DNA of 64,000 bases from Patescibacteria group bacterium (GCA_041662625.1 JBAZSB010000002.1:12024-76023), one strand, 5' to 3'. Positions 18,680 through 27,461 are shown, numbered from the stretch's first letter. The notes: generated by a model from the sequence alone, not told the origin. Made by a program: numbers and translations.

Positions 18680-18742
18680 TGTCATACTGAATTTATTTCA
18701 TCATCTCTACTAACTAGATTCTGAAACAAGTTCAGAATGACA
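18680..18742. repeat. REP/MITE-like nested inverted-repeat element (TGTCAYYCTGAAYTTRTTTCA family), copy 1
   Basis: TGTCATACTGAATTTATTTCA ...spacer... TGAAACAAGTTCAGAATGACA. The two arms are mutual reverse complements and each arm is internally palindromic. Confidence 0.7.
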
Positions 18743-18958
18743 ATGTAAGGGTTATCCCCAGCTTTTGCCGACGGCGGAAAAAACCGACGGCTCAAACTTA
18801 ATTTTTTCAAAAAAATTCACCGCAACTTGGATTCGGTGAACATTTTTTCAAAGTTCTTATTTACTTTTTGGTTTTTGCGACGGCGCTAGAGTATGCGACG
18901 GCTTTATTCTTATTAATAATCTTAGCATATTGAATTGCGATGTCAATAGTTTAATTGT

Positions 18959-19564
18959 TTAATCTTTTTTAACAAACTTTTGGTATTCTTCATCCTGATC
19001 AATTAATTTCTCAATTAACCCCCGCAAAAAATCGGCTTTGGAAATTGGCGTGTTATGTGTCTTCCAATGTAAAAACCGTTCAATCCGAGAATTGATTCTC
19101 AAAGTGAATTTGATCGTTGGCGCTTCGTGGCCTTCGCCCTTTTCCACAGTTTGCAAAAAATCAAGGATAATCTTTTCCAAATTTTTCTCAGTATAATATT
19201 GAAGCTGTAAGAATTTAGCTGTGCTTTTATCTTTTTGCAGATGAAGCAAATTTTTATTAATCAGCTTTCCTTTTTCTGAAAGATAAAGGATTGGTTTATG
19301 GTGCGCTAAGGCAATAGCAATTAAATAACCACTTTCGGGTAAAGGTCGACTGCCTTCAATAATTAAAGCATCCATCTTTTCTAAAAGAACTTCCCCGGCC
19401 TGATTAATTTTTTCTAAATCCTGATTAGAAAAACCGGAGATATTTTTGTCGGCCAAATTACTCATCACTAAAACTCCAGCTTGATTCAAAATATCAATTA
19501 TTTTAGAAAATCTGCTTTGGAAATTTTCTGATGCTTGATTGTCAGCAGCAAAATAGAGGCGCAT
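18959..19564 (-). CDS. Hypothetical protein: N-terminal Rossmann-like (nucleoside 2-deoxyribosyltransferase-like) domain plus C-terminal ribbon-helix-helix-like segment
   Basis: The N-terminus MRLYFAADNQ...EGSRPLPESGYLIAIALAHHKPILYL resembles NDT/DNPH1-type folds. The C-terminus TIKFTLRINSRIERFLHWKTHNTPISKADFLRGLIEKLI has a beta-alpha-alpha RHH pattern. This assignment is a weak inference. Confidence 0.3.
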   Translation of the reverse strand: MRLYFAADNQASENFQSRFSKIIDILNQAGVLVMSNLADKNISGFSNQDLEKINQAGEVLLEKMDALIIEGSRPLPESGYLIAIALAHHKPILYLSEKGKLINKNLLHLQKDKSTAKFLQLQYYTEKNLEKIILDFLQTVEKGEGHEAPTIKFTLRINSRIERFLHWKTHNTPISKADFLRGLIEKLIDQDEEYQKFVKKD

Positions 19565-19573
19565 TTAAATAAG

Positions 19574-20500
19574 TTAATAAATTATTTCTCCGGCGATATC
19601 TCTAGCCATTAATTCCTTTATTTTCGAAATATTTTTGGTTTGGGCAGTTGCCCACATGAATTTAGTTACAGTTGTTTCCCAGGTTAAATTATTAATTATT
19701 AAAATATTTTTTGGTGCCAAAACCGCGCCAGAAATTTTCTTTGACCAGATTACCACCGGCATGTCCGGCGTAATTTTTTCTAAAAGAAAAATTAAATCCT
19801 CGGGCAAAGTCTGGTAAATATTGGCATTAACCACAATTCCTTCTTTATCACTGACTTGTTTAGCCAGGGCTTTGGGGCTTAGAAACGGACCAAGCTGGAT
19901 TATCTCGATTTTATCGTTTAACTTGTCAAAAAAATTTACCTTGCCGCTGTTTTGCAAGGCCGCTTTTTCAAAAATCCGGATGCTGAAATCAATCCGGCCC
20001 AAAATACTTGGGGCTGGCGCGGTAAAAACATTTAATGATTCCTCTAGCGAACGACTGGCCTGGTTGGCGCGTAAAAGCCGGTTACCAAACATTAGGCAGA
20101 CTTCGGTGATATTATAATTGGCGCTTTGCACTGAATTAATTAAGTTAGCGCGAATTTCCAGTTTTTTGGTGTCAGCCGGATTGGATTGGCTGCCGGTAAA
20201 AATGATGGGTTTGCTCAAATTTTGCAGCAAAAATGAAAGAGCAGAAGCGGTGTAAAGCAGATTATCAATACCGTGTAAAATCACAAAACCATCAGCCGAA
20301 TCCAAACGGCTGTAAATTTCTTTGGCCAACTTTAACCAAAGCTCGGGCGTGATATCAGCGCCGGCTTTTTTGAAAAGCAAAACTGGCTCAATATCGGCAA
20401 TAATATTAAGCTCTTTGGTCTGGTCAAGCCAGTCTTTGGGCTGCAGGCCAAAAGGCTGGCTGGCCACCATTAAATAGATTTTTTTGCGGTTTTGGGTCAT
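19574..20500 (-). CDS. L-asparaginase/GatD-family-like protein, possibly non-catalytic (no N-terminal TGGT threonine motif)
   Basis: GFVILHGIDNL matches the asparaginase hinge/active-site region GFVI.HGTDT, and the two-domain length fits. The N-terminal catalytic TGGTIA motif was not seen (IYLMVASQPFG instead). Confidence 0.5.
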   Translation of the reverse strand: MTQNRKKIYLMVASQPFGLQPKDWLDQTKELNIIADIEPVLLFKKAGADITPELWLKLAKEIYSRLDSADGFVILHGIDNLLYTASALSFLLQNLSKPIIFTGSQSNPADTKKLEIRANLINSVQSANYNITEVCLMFGNRLLRANQASRSLEESLNVFTAPAPSILGRIDFSIRIFEKAALQNSGKVNFFDKLNDKIEIIQLGPFLSPKALAKQVSDKEGIVVNANIYQTLPEDLIFLLEKITPDMPVVIWSKKISGAVLAPKNILIINNLTWETTVTKFMWATAQTKNISKIKELMARDIAGEIIY

Positions 20501-20596
20501 AATCCTGCGCCGTCACGGTCTGACAGCCGTCTATATATATTTTACAATTTTAAGGACAAAAAAACAACCTCAAAAAATGTGGCATTAGCCAAATCT

Positions 20597-21097
20597 TTAG
20601 AGGCTGTTTTTTAGCAAACCACCGTAATAATCTAACTGATAAACTTCTTGGTTATTAAAACGAATAGTCTCATGACCCTGGAATCTTTTAATATCACCTT
20701 CAACCTTATTGAAATATTCAAACTCGCCTTCAGTAAAGTGGCTGGGGCCGCGGAAAGGCTTGGCAATGGTGACGTGCCGCAGGGCTTTTTTCAAAAATTC
20801 ATAAACTGTCTTTGGCTCAATGTCTGAATCAGTCACTTCGCCTTGGTAAGCCATCTCCCAGGCGGGCTGGCCTAAAAAGAAAACGGTTTCCTTGCCTTTA
20901 AAGGGATTAAAACCAGAATAATTATCCAGATACCGAAAACCATTCTGTTCAAATTCAAAAATTTTTTTGCCATCGGGCAGAACTGTTTTTTTGGCTAGTG
21001 GGGAAATATCTTCGATTTCATCGGGTGGCAAACTACTTTTGGCATAGCTACTAATTTTGGCGGAAACCAAAACATCAGCCAGTTGATTTAAATCCAT
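20597..21097 (-). CDS. Hypothetical protein
   Basis: 166-aa ORF with good coding appearance and no recognised motif. Confidence 0.4.
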   Translation of the reverse strand: MDLNQLADVLVSAKISSYAKSSLPPDEIEDISPLAKKTVLPDGKKIFEFEQNGFRYLDNYSGFNPFKGKETVFFLGQPAWEMAYQGEVTDSDIEPKTVYEFLKKALRHVTIAKPFRGPSHFTEGEFEYFNKVEGDIKRFQGHETIRFNNQEVYQLDYYGGLLKNSL

Positions 21098-21482
21098 ACT
21101 TATTTATCCTAACATATTTCCTGTTCAATCACTAATTAATTTTAATCAGTTGCTAAAGGCCGGGATATCTGCTAAACTTAAAGATATGATTTACGAGTCC
21201 TTAGAATTCTCCGCCAAAGGCGGATGCGCCTTGGGCGCAAAATAATTATACCTATTTATGATTTACGAATCATTGGAGTTCAAATAATAACAAAAGATTA
21301 GCCGCGTGTTTTTGATTTACAGGCGGTTTTTTATTACCGGACGAAGCGAGTAAAATAAAAAATGAAGTTTTCACATTTTTAAGCGAGTGAGGCAAAAAGA
21401 GTCTTTCTAAGACTTACTCTAGAGTTAATCCTATTTTTTTGCTAAGATTAAATTGCTAATTATTTAATTAGTAAATAAAATT

Positions 21483-22784
21483 ATGAAATATAAGTATCTT
21501 CAAACTCATGATCCTGAAGTCAGCCAAACTCTACAGGGAGAGATGAACCGACAAAGAGAAGGAATGGAATTGATTCCTTCGGAAAATTATGTTTCACAGG
21601 CGGTTTTGGATGCTTTGGGTTCAGAGTTCACAAATAAATATAGTGAAGGCTATCCGGGACGACGCTACTATGGCGGTCAGCAATTTACTGATCAAGTGGA
21701 GTCACTGGCTATTGAGCGAGCGAAAAAATTATTCCGTTGCGACCATGCCAATGTTCAGCCGCTTTCCGGCGCTCCCGCCAACGTCGCAGTCTATTCGGCC
21801 TGGCTTAATCCTGGTGATACCGTCATTGGGATGGACCTTTCCCATGGCGGTCATCTTACTCATGGCCATCCGGTTACCTACATGGCTAAAATTTATAATT
21901 TCGTCCGCTATAAAATTAAGGATTTGGAAACCGGGGAAATTGATTATGACCAGCTGCGGGATTTGGCCCTAAAGCATAAACCAAAAATTATCCTGGCCGG
22001 TTTTTCCGCCTACCCACGCGAATATGACTACGCCAAATTTTCTGAAATTGCTAAAGAAGTTGGCGCCATCGCTATGGCCGACATGGCTCATATTGCCGGT
22101 TTAATTGCCGCCGGCGAACTCAAAAATCCTTTTGATTATGGTTTCCAAATTGTCACTACCACTACACACAAAACTTTGCGCGGACCTCGCGGTGGCATGA
22201 TTATGTCCCAGGGCAAAGTCGGTAATCCTTTAAAAGAAGTAGAAAAAACTATTGAGAATCTACCAACCATTATTGACCGGGCGGTTTTTCCGGGTTTTCA
22301 GGGTGGACCGCATATGAATAATATCGCCGCCAAGGCTGTCGCTTTCGGCGAAGCGTTAACACCTGAATTTAAGGAATACGCCAAGCAAATTTTAAAAAAT
22401 GCCAAAGTTCTAGCGGAAACGCTAATGAGTTTAGGCTGTAAATTGGTTACCAACGGCACGGATAATCATTTAATGCTAATTGACACCGTCACTTCCTTTG
22501 GCATAACCGGCGACGTGGTGGAAAAAACCTTGGATAAAATCAATATTACTTCAAATAAAAACGCTATTCCGGATGATAAAAATCCCTATTACACACCATC
22601 AGGTATTCGGATCGGGACACCGGCCATTACCACCAGAGGCATGAAAGAACAAGAGATGAAACGAATTGCTGAATGGATTGTTGAGGCGGCGAAAAACCGG
22701 GATAATGAAGCGAAATTGAAAGAAATCCAGCAAACAGTCAAAGAGCTCTGCCTTAAATTTCCAATTCCCAGCATCCAGGAATAA
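21483..22784 (+). CDS. glyA: Serine hydroxymethyltransferase
   Basis: LIPSENYVSQAVLDALGSEFTNKYSEGYPGRRYYGG and the PLP-lysine region TTTTHKTLRGPRGGMI; 433 aa. Confidence 0.95.
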   Translation: MKYKYLQTHDPEVSQTLQGEMNRQREGMELIPSENYVSQAVLDALGSEFTNKYSEGYPGRRYYGGQQFTDQVESLAIERAKKLFRCDHANVQPLSGAPANVAVYSAWLNPGDTVIGMDLSHGGHLTHGHPVTYMAKIYNFVRYKIKDLETGEIDYDQLRDLALKHKPKIILAGFSAYPREYDYAKFSEIAKEVGAIAMADMAHIAGLIAAGELKNPFDYGFQIVTTTTHKTLRGPRGGMIMSQGKVGNPLKEVEKTIENLPTIIDRAVFPGFQGGPHMNNIAAKAVAFGEALTPEFKEYAKQILKNAKVLAETLMSLGCKLVTNGTDNHLMLIDTVTSFGITGDVVEKTLDKINITSNKNAIPDDKNPYYTPSGIRIGTPAITTRGMKEQEMKRIAEWIVEAAKNRDNEAKLKEIQQTVKELCLKFPIPSIQE

Positions 22785-22852
22785 GTGTGATTGAAAAAGA
22801 TAAGCAAGCAAATCCAGAAATTTCCGGTTTACCCCATAATGACACTGAAAAA

Positions 22853-23713
22853 ATGCCAAAAAAAACTGCTCAACTTATTGACGGCAAAAATTTGGCCGAA
22901 AAAATTCTTTTGGAACTCAAAGGCCAAATTGCCCAGCTGAACCGGCCGCCGGGACTGGCCGTGATTTTAATCGGCGACGATCCGGCCTCCAAACTTTATG
23001 TCCGAAACAAAAAACTGGCTTGCGAAAAAGTCGGCATTGTTTTCCATAGTTATTTTTGCGGCGGGACTTGTCTGCCTAACGTGACCGAAATTGAAATTTT
23101 AAAAGCAATTGATTTTTTAAATAATGATCCGACAATTGACGGCATTATCGTTCAGCTGCCAATCCCCCAAAAATTTAATACCCAAAAAATAATCAATCGG
23201 ATCGATCCGAAAAAAGATGTTGATGGTTTCCATCCAGAAAATCAGAAGAAAATTATTACCGGCACGGCAATTATAATTCCGCCTTTGATTCAGGCCGTAA
23301 ATGCGGCGTTAATGGCAACCCAGGAAGAATTAAAAGATAAAAATACAATTATTATTTCAAAAAACCCAATCTTTAGCGAGCCGCTCAAAATATATCTCAG
23401 TAATCAGGGATTGAAAGTAGAAACGGTTAAGCCTGACCAGGGCTTAGCTGATAAAACTAAAAAGGCCGACATTTTAATTACCGTTGTCGGCCAAAAACAC
23501 CTGATCAAAAAAAATATGGTCAAACCTGATGCCATTATCATTGACGTTGGAACTAATTTAATTAGTGAAAATAAGTGGACTGGTGATGTTGATCAAAAGG
23601 TAACCGAAGTGGCGGGATGGCTCACACCGGTTCCTGGCGGCATTGGCCCATTAACTGTCGCCTTTTTATTGACTAACACTTATCAATTAGCCAAAAAAAA
23701 TTTATATGCTTGA
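22853..23713 (+). CDS. folD: Bifunctional 5,10-methylene-THF dehydrogenase / 5,10-methenyl-THF cyclohydrolase
   Basis: AQLIDGKNLAEKI...YVRNKKLACEKVGI...GIIVQLPIP...PVPGGIGPLTVAFL. Start moved to MPKKTAQ; the ORF opens at 22787 immediately after glyA. Confidence 0.9.
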   Translation: MPKKTAQLIDGKNLAEKILLELKGQIAQLNRPPGLAVILIGDDPASKLYVRNKKLACEKVGIVFHSYFCGGTCLPNVTEIEILKAIDFLNNDPTIDGIIVQLPIPQKFNTQKIINRIDPKKDVDGFHPENQKKIITGTAIIIPPLIQAVNAALMATQEELKDKNTIIISKNPIFSEPLKIYLSNQGLKVETVKPDQGLADKTKKADILITVVGQKHLIKKNMVKPDAIIIDVGTNLISENKWTGDVDQKVTEVAGWLTPVPGGIGPLTVAFLLTNTYQLAKKNLYA

Positions 23714-24575
23714 CCAAAAAATCACTAAGCAAATTATCCGGGCTCAAAAAAATGAAATTACAGAATTTTACCTTTACCAAAAATTAGCCAGTATCACCAA
23801 AAATTCTCACAATCAAGAAGTACTGAAAAAAATCGCCCAAGAGGAAAAAGAACACTATAATTTCTGGCAAACTCAGACAAATCAAAAAATTAAACCACAC
23901 ACTTTAAAGCTTTGGTTTTATTTTTTAATCAGCAAATTCTTTGGCCTGACTTTCGGCATTAAGCTGATGGAAAAAGGCGAGGCCAAAGCCCAAATTAATT
24001 ACAATGAGATTGGCCGCCTTATTCCCCAGGCGCTTAAAATTTCGGCTGAAGAAAATCAGCACGAAAACAATTTGGTTAACATGATCGATGAGGAAAAATT
24101 AAAATATGTTGGCTCAATTGTCCTGGGTTTAAATGACGCCCTGGTGGAACTGACCGGCGCTTTAGCCGGCTACACTTTAGCCTTACATAATACCAAATTA
24201 ATCGCCATGACCGGCTTAATCACCGGTCTTGCAGCCTCACTTTCCATGGCCGCCTCGGAATATTTATCAACCAGTTCAGAAAAGACGGAAAAAAATCCGC
24301 TGCGGGCTTCAATTTATACCGGCATCACTTATGTTTTAGTCGTCTTATTTTTAATTCTGCCGTATTTAGTTTTAAACAATTTTTATCTTGCGCTGGTGGC
24401 CATTATTTTGGAATCGATGTTGATTATTCTAATCTTTACTTATTATGTTTCGGTCGCCCAAGATATCCCATTTAAAAAAAGGTTTATAACCATGGCTTCA
24501 GTCAGCTTGGGCGTGGCGGCGTTGACTTTTCTCATTGGCTTTATCGTCAGACTATTTTTTGGTCTTGAAGTTTAA
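23706..24575 (+). CDS. VIT1/CCC1-family iron/manganese transporter with an N-terminal ferritin-like (rubrerythrin-like) domain
   Basis: N-terminal EEKEHYNFW / AEENQHENNL di-iron-like motifs followed by a 5-TM VIT1-like C-terminus (GLNDALVELTGALAG). Confidence 0.7.
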   Translation: MLDQKITKQIIRAQKNEITEFYLYQKLASITKNSHNQEVLKKIAQEEKEHYNFWQTQTNQKIKPHTLKLWFYFLISKFFGLTFGIKLMEKGEAKAQINYNEIGRLIPQALKISAEENQHENNLVNMIDEEKLKYVGSIVLGLNDALVELTGALAGYTLALHNTKLIAMTGLITGLAASLSMAASEYLSTSSEKTEKNPLRASIYTGITYVLVVLFLILPYLVLNNFYLALVAIILESMLIILIFTYYVSVAQDIPFKKRFITMASVSLGVAALTFLIGFIVRLFFGLEV

Positions 24576-24673
24576 AAAATGATAAAGCTGGAACTACGGC
24601 TCAAAGCCTTCATAACAATTTGGTTAAAATTAAAAAAAGACGGGTTAGTCAGGCGACAACTCGTCTTGTTTGT

Positions 24674-25540
24674 TTATAACCGCCAAAGGTCGCCAGCAAC
24701 CAAATCCAGATCAGGCGACTCGAACTGCGCCAACTCAGGATGCTTCTCGACCGCAAAGGCCCAGAGCAAACTCCGTAGATAGGCAGCAACTCGCTCGCTG
24801 GTTAGCTGAATGTCGTCTCCTTGGCAAAGCTGATAAAGGGTCGTGGTGTGGTCTTGGGCCGCAATAGGCCGGCTGATCGAGTAGGTCACCCGAAAACGGC
24901 GCCAGAAAGGAAAACGCCAAGTCAAAGGCAGACGTGGCCACTGGCCTTTGTACCAAGACTCTTGACTGCCCTGATCCCAGAACAGCATGATTTTGAAATC
25001 CGCTCCCGTCCTAACAGCTTCAGCCACCAGACGACCGACTCCAGTAAGAAATGGATTTAGTATTTTATCGGCGTCCGTTCTGGTCCCTTCCCCATAGACC
25101 CAGAGAATGGCATTCCGGAATCTAGTTAGAACCTCGACTTGCCGACGGATGACTTCCCGCCGAACCGCCGCGGCACCCGCTTTACCTTTGTCCGGCAATT
25201 CGATCACCCGCAGGTGACGCAGCAGCGACCGGATCGGACCAAGGTGCTTGAGATATTTCTGTTTGCCGACAACGATAATCAGCATTGCCATATATCTCAA
25301 AACCCAGGGCCAAAGGAAGCTGTAGACGCCGAGGAAAATTCCAGGGTATGACGAATGGTTGGCAAAAATCAAAACCCGACCCTGCGTCGGGATATTGTTC
25401 CGGCCCGCCACCTGGAGACGAAAAAAAGGCAGCTTACAAATAAAGATCAAACTCGCAATCAGGGTGACGACCAGTCGATCCAGCCACCACAACACCCAGC
25501 CCTGACCTGGTTCCGAAACGTTCTGATTCTGAACCATCAA
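24674..25540 (-). CDS. Lysophospholipid (1-acyl-glycerol-3-phosphate-type) acyltransferase, PlsC/LPLAT family; GC-rich
   Basis: N-terminal TM segment, FANHSSYPG (NHxxxxD-like block I, with a G replacing the D) and YGEGTRT (EGTR block III). GC ~57%. Confidence 0.55.
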   Translation of the reverse strand: MMVQNQNVSEPGQGWVLWWLDRLVVTLIASLIFICKLPFFRLQVAGRNNIPTQGRVLIFANHSSYPGIFLGVYSFLWPWVLRYMAMLIIVVGKQKYLKHLGPIRSLLRHLRVIELPDKGKAGAAAVRREVIRRQVEVLTRFRNAILWVYGEGTRTDADKILNPFLTGVGRLVAEAVRTGADFKIMLFWDQGSQESWYKGQWPRLPLTWRFPFWRRFRVTYSISRPIAAQDHTTTLYQLCQGDDIQLTSERVAAYLRSLLWAFAVEKHPELAQFESPDLDLVAGDLWRL

Positions 25541-25596
25541 TTATCCTCCCACGGTTTTGATTTCAACTAGCCTGATTCAGCTTTTTATCTTAATAT

Positions 25597-25628
25597 AAAA
25601 AAATAGCCTTGGCAAGCCAGGCTATTTT
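25597..25628. terminator. Bidirectional stem-loop terminator
   Basis: AAAAAATAGCCTTGGCAAGCCAGGCTATTTTTT. Confidence 0.6.
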
Positions 25629-25638
25629 TTACTACTAA

Positions 25639-26100
25639 TTAAACTGTTGGTTTTTTGGGCAAGACAGGTGGCTGTTGCGGTTGCGGTGGCGGGGCAGTTG
25701 GTTTCATCAGTTGGCCACCACGAGTAGTCAAGGCGGCAATAACTAAAGCCCCAAACATCAATAAAAACCCAACCCAAAGATTCCACATGCTGTAAAAACT
25801 TTTTAAGCCAGAAAGATAAGTGCCAGCTGCCTTCACATATTGAATCGTTACCAATAAATCCAAAATGCCGCCCAAAATAAACCAGCTAACACCCAAAATC
25901 AAACCATCTTTAACACCACCAGGATGCTTTCTGAAATAGAGTCTACCCAAAACAAAGGCGGCCACACCAGATAAAATGATTTCTAAAATCTGTTGCCAAA
26001 TAACCGGCAAAGGCGTGACCATCAGGGCGCAAACGCCGATAAACATTACGGCCCACATGCCCGCACCAAGCCCTAAGGCAAGTTTTAAATTTTTGATCAT
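25639..26100 (-). CDS. Membrane protein (4 TM) with a Pro/Gln-rich C-terminus
   Basis: Hydrophobic helices and C-terminal PPPQPQQPPVLPKKP. Confidence 0.45.
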   Translation of the reverse strand: MIKNLKLALGLGAGMWAVMFIGVCALMVTPLPVIWQQILEIILSGVAAFVLGRLYFRKHPGGVKDGLILGVSWFILGGILDLLVTIQYVKAAGTYLSGLKSFYSMWNLWVGFLLMFGALVIAALTTRGGQLMKPTAPPPQPQQPPVLPKKPTV

Positions 26101-26111
26101 AGATTTTTTTA

Positions 26112-26492
26112 TTAATAAACTTTTATTAAATTGCAGTTACCGTCCACTTCGACAAAGTGATGAGCGGTACCTTCCCGAAAAGCCGGGCATTGATTTGCCA
26201 CTTCGTCATCAACGCTTTGGCGTGGATTATGGGCAACATCGCAAACCCAGTCCGGAACAATCGCATTACTCAGACACGGGCCGGCTTCAAAATCCTGGTC
26301 ACCACTGGAAAGCCTAGTTTGGCAAAGCTCCTGGCATTTAACCTGGGCCAAAGTCTTATCCGCCTGTTTTTTTTGTTCCACTTGGACCTTACCGGTTGTA
26401 TAATCAACGGCATTAATCACTCTTTGGCAGCCGGCAAGAATAAAAAAACCAGCCGCTAAAATCAGTGCTGTTTTTGTAAAACTTAATACCAT
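26112..26492 (-). CDS. Small secreted Cys-rich protein
   Basis: Signal peptide MVLSFTKTALILAAGFFILAGC followed by 8 Cys in ~100 aa. Confidence 0.4.
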   Translation of the reverse strand: MVLSFTKTALILAAGFFILAGCQRVINAVDYTTGKVQVEQKKQADKTLAQVKCQELCQTRLSSGDQDFEAGPCLSNAIVPDWVCDVAHNPRQSVDDEVANQCPAFREGTAHHFVEVDGNCNLIKVY

Positions 26493-26594
26493 ATTACCTC
26501 CTGGCTTTAGTATAGCATGGATAAGAAATTAAGAAAATAAGAAATTAATAAATTAAGACTGAGTTAGGCTTTAATTTTTTAATTTTTTAATTTC

Positions 26595-27062
26595 TTATTT
26601 TTTTACTTTAAATACCAGCCAATTCTTTTTTTGCGCCGTAAACTGGGTTAAAACATAAACTCCCCGGAGCTTTTTGCCCTTCAATTCAAACTTTAAAGAC
26701 TTGGATGTATGTTCCAACAGCTTAAATTTGCCTTTGTCCAAAATTTCCACCAGGCCGGCACCGTAATTACCTTTCGGGATTACTCCGGCAAAATTAATAT
26801 AGGCAACTGGATGATCTTCTACGGCAACAGCCAAATGTTTGACTCCGGCAATAGTTGGAATACCTTTGGGTACTGCCCAAGATTTTAAAACAACCGGACC
26901 TTTAATAATTTTATCTGGCAATTCCAACCTGAAATCATAATGCAAATGTGAGGCTGAATGTTTTTGGACAACAAAACGTGACTGGCTTTTTATTTTAGCT
27001 TGTGCCTTAGGCTCCGGCGTTTTACTAAACTTTCTTTTCTTTTGATATTTTTCTAAAGCCAT
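26595..27062 (-). CDS. Stand-alone LigD-type 3'-phosphoesterase (PE) domain protein
   Basis: RFVVQKHSASHLHYDFRLE...LKSWAVPKG matches the LigD PE active-site block (HxxHxHYDFRLE, WAVPKG); 155 aa. Confidence 0.7.
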   Translation of the reverse strand: MALEKYQKKRKFSKTPEPKAQAKIKSQSRFVVQKHSASHLHYDFRLELPDKIIKGPVVLKSWAVPKGIPTIAGVKHLAVAVEDHPVAYINFAGVIPKGNYGAGLVEILDKGKFKLLEHTSKSLKFELKGKKLRGVYVLTQFTAQKKNWLVFKVKK

Positions 27063-27068
27063 ACAAAT

Positions 27069-27130
27069 AGAAATCAGAAATTAGAAATCAGAAGAATAAT
27101 TCTGATCTCTGATCTCTGATTTCTGATCTC
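27069..27130. repeat. Long imperfect inverted repeat built of tandem AGAAATCAGA units
   Basis: agaaatcagaaattagaaatcagaagaat | aattctgatctctgatctctgatttctgatctc, lying between two minus-strand genes. Confidence 0.7.
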
Positions 27131-27134
27131 TGGA

Positions 27135-27416
27135 TTATCCCTTAAGATAAACCAAATCGCCTTCTTTGACTGACTGGGCCACTTTTAAACCAACAGCGTC
27201 ACCAGATTTAGCGACACTCACCTGTTCATGTTCGACTTGCATTGAATCAACCGGCTGCTCAAAATCACCACCATGAGTCGCGATGATAATGGTATCGCCG
27301 ACTTTAAGTTGGCCGGCTAATTCCAAGACTCCGACCCCGATTTTGTTAAAGTAGTGGGTGATTTTGCCAATCTGCTTACCTTTGGGTAATTCAATTTTTT
27401 GTGCATCGTCTGCCAT
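27135..27416 (-). CDS. Small beta-barrel protein resembling translation-factor domain 2 (EF-Tu D2-like)
   Basis: 93 aa; GKITHYFNKIGVGVLELAGQLKVGDTIII...GDAVGLKV...EGDLVYL is the pattern of the EF-Tu domain-2 barrel. Confidence 0.4.
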   Translation of the reverse strand: MADDAQKIELPKGKQIGKITHYFNKIGVGVLELAGQLKVGDTIIIATHGGDFEQPVDSMQVEHEQVSVAKSGDAVGLKVAQSVKEGDLVYLKG

Positions 27417-27461
27417 ATACTAAAATTCTAGCTTTTAAGCCAAAATAAGTCAATGGAGTCA

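Noticed and set aside
21150-21480. ZTP (pfl) riboswitch upstream of glyA
   Set aside because: The context is right, but the conserved ZTP 5' subdomain motifs (GGUGG / ACCGGG pseudoknot partners) were not found by eye; only a weak CGCCUUGGGCGC resemblance.
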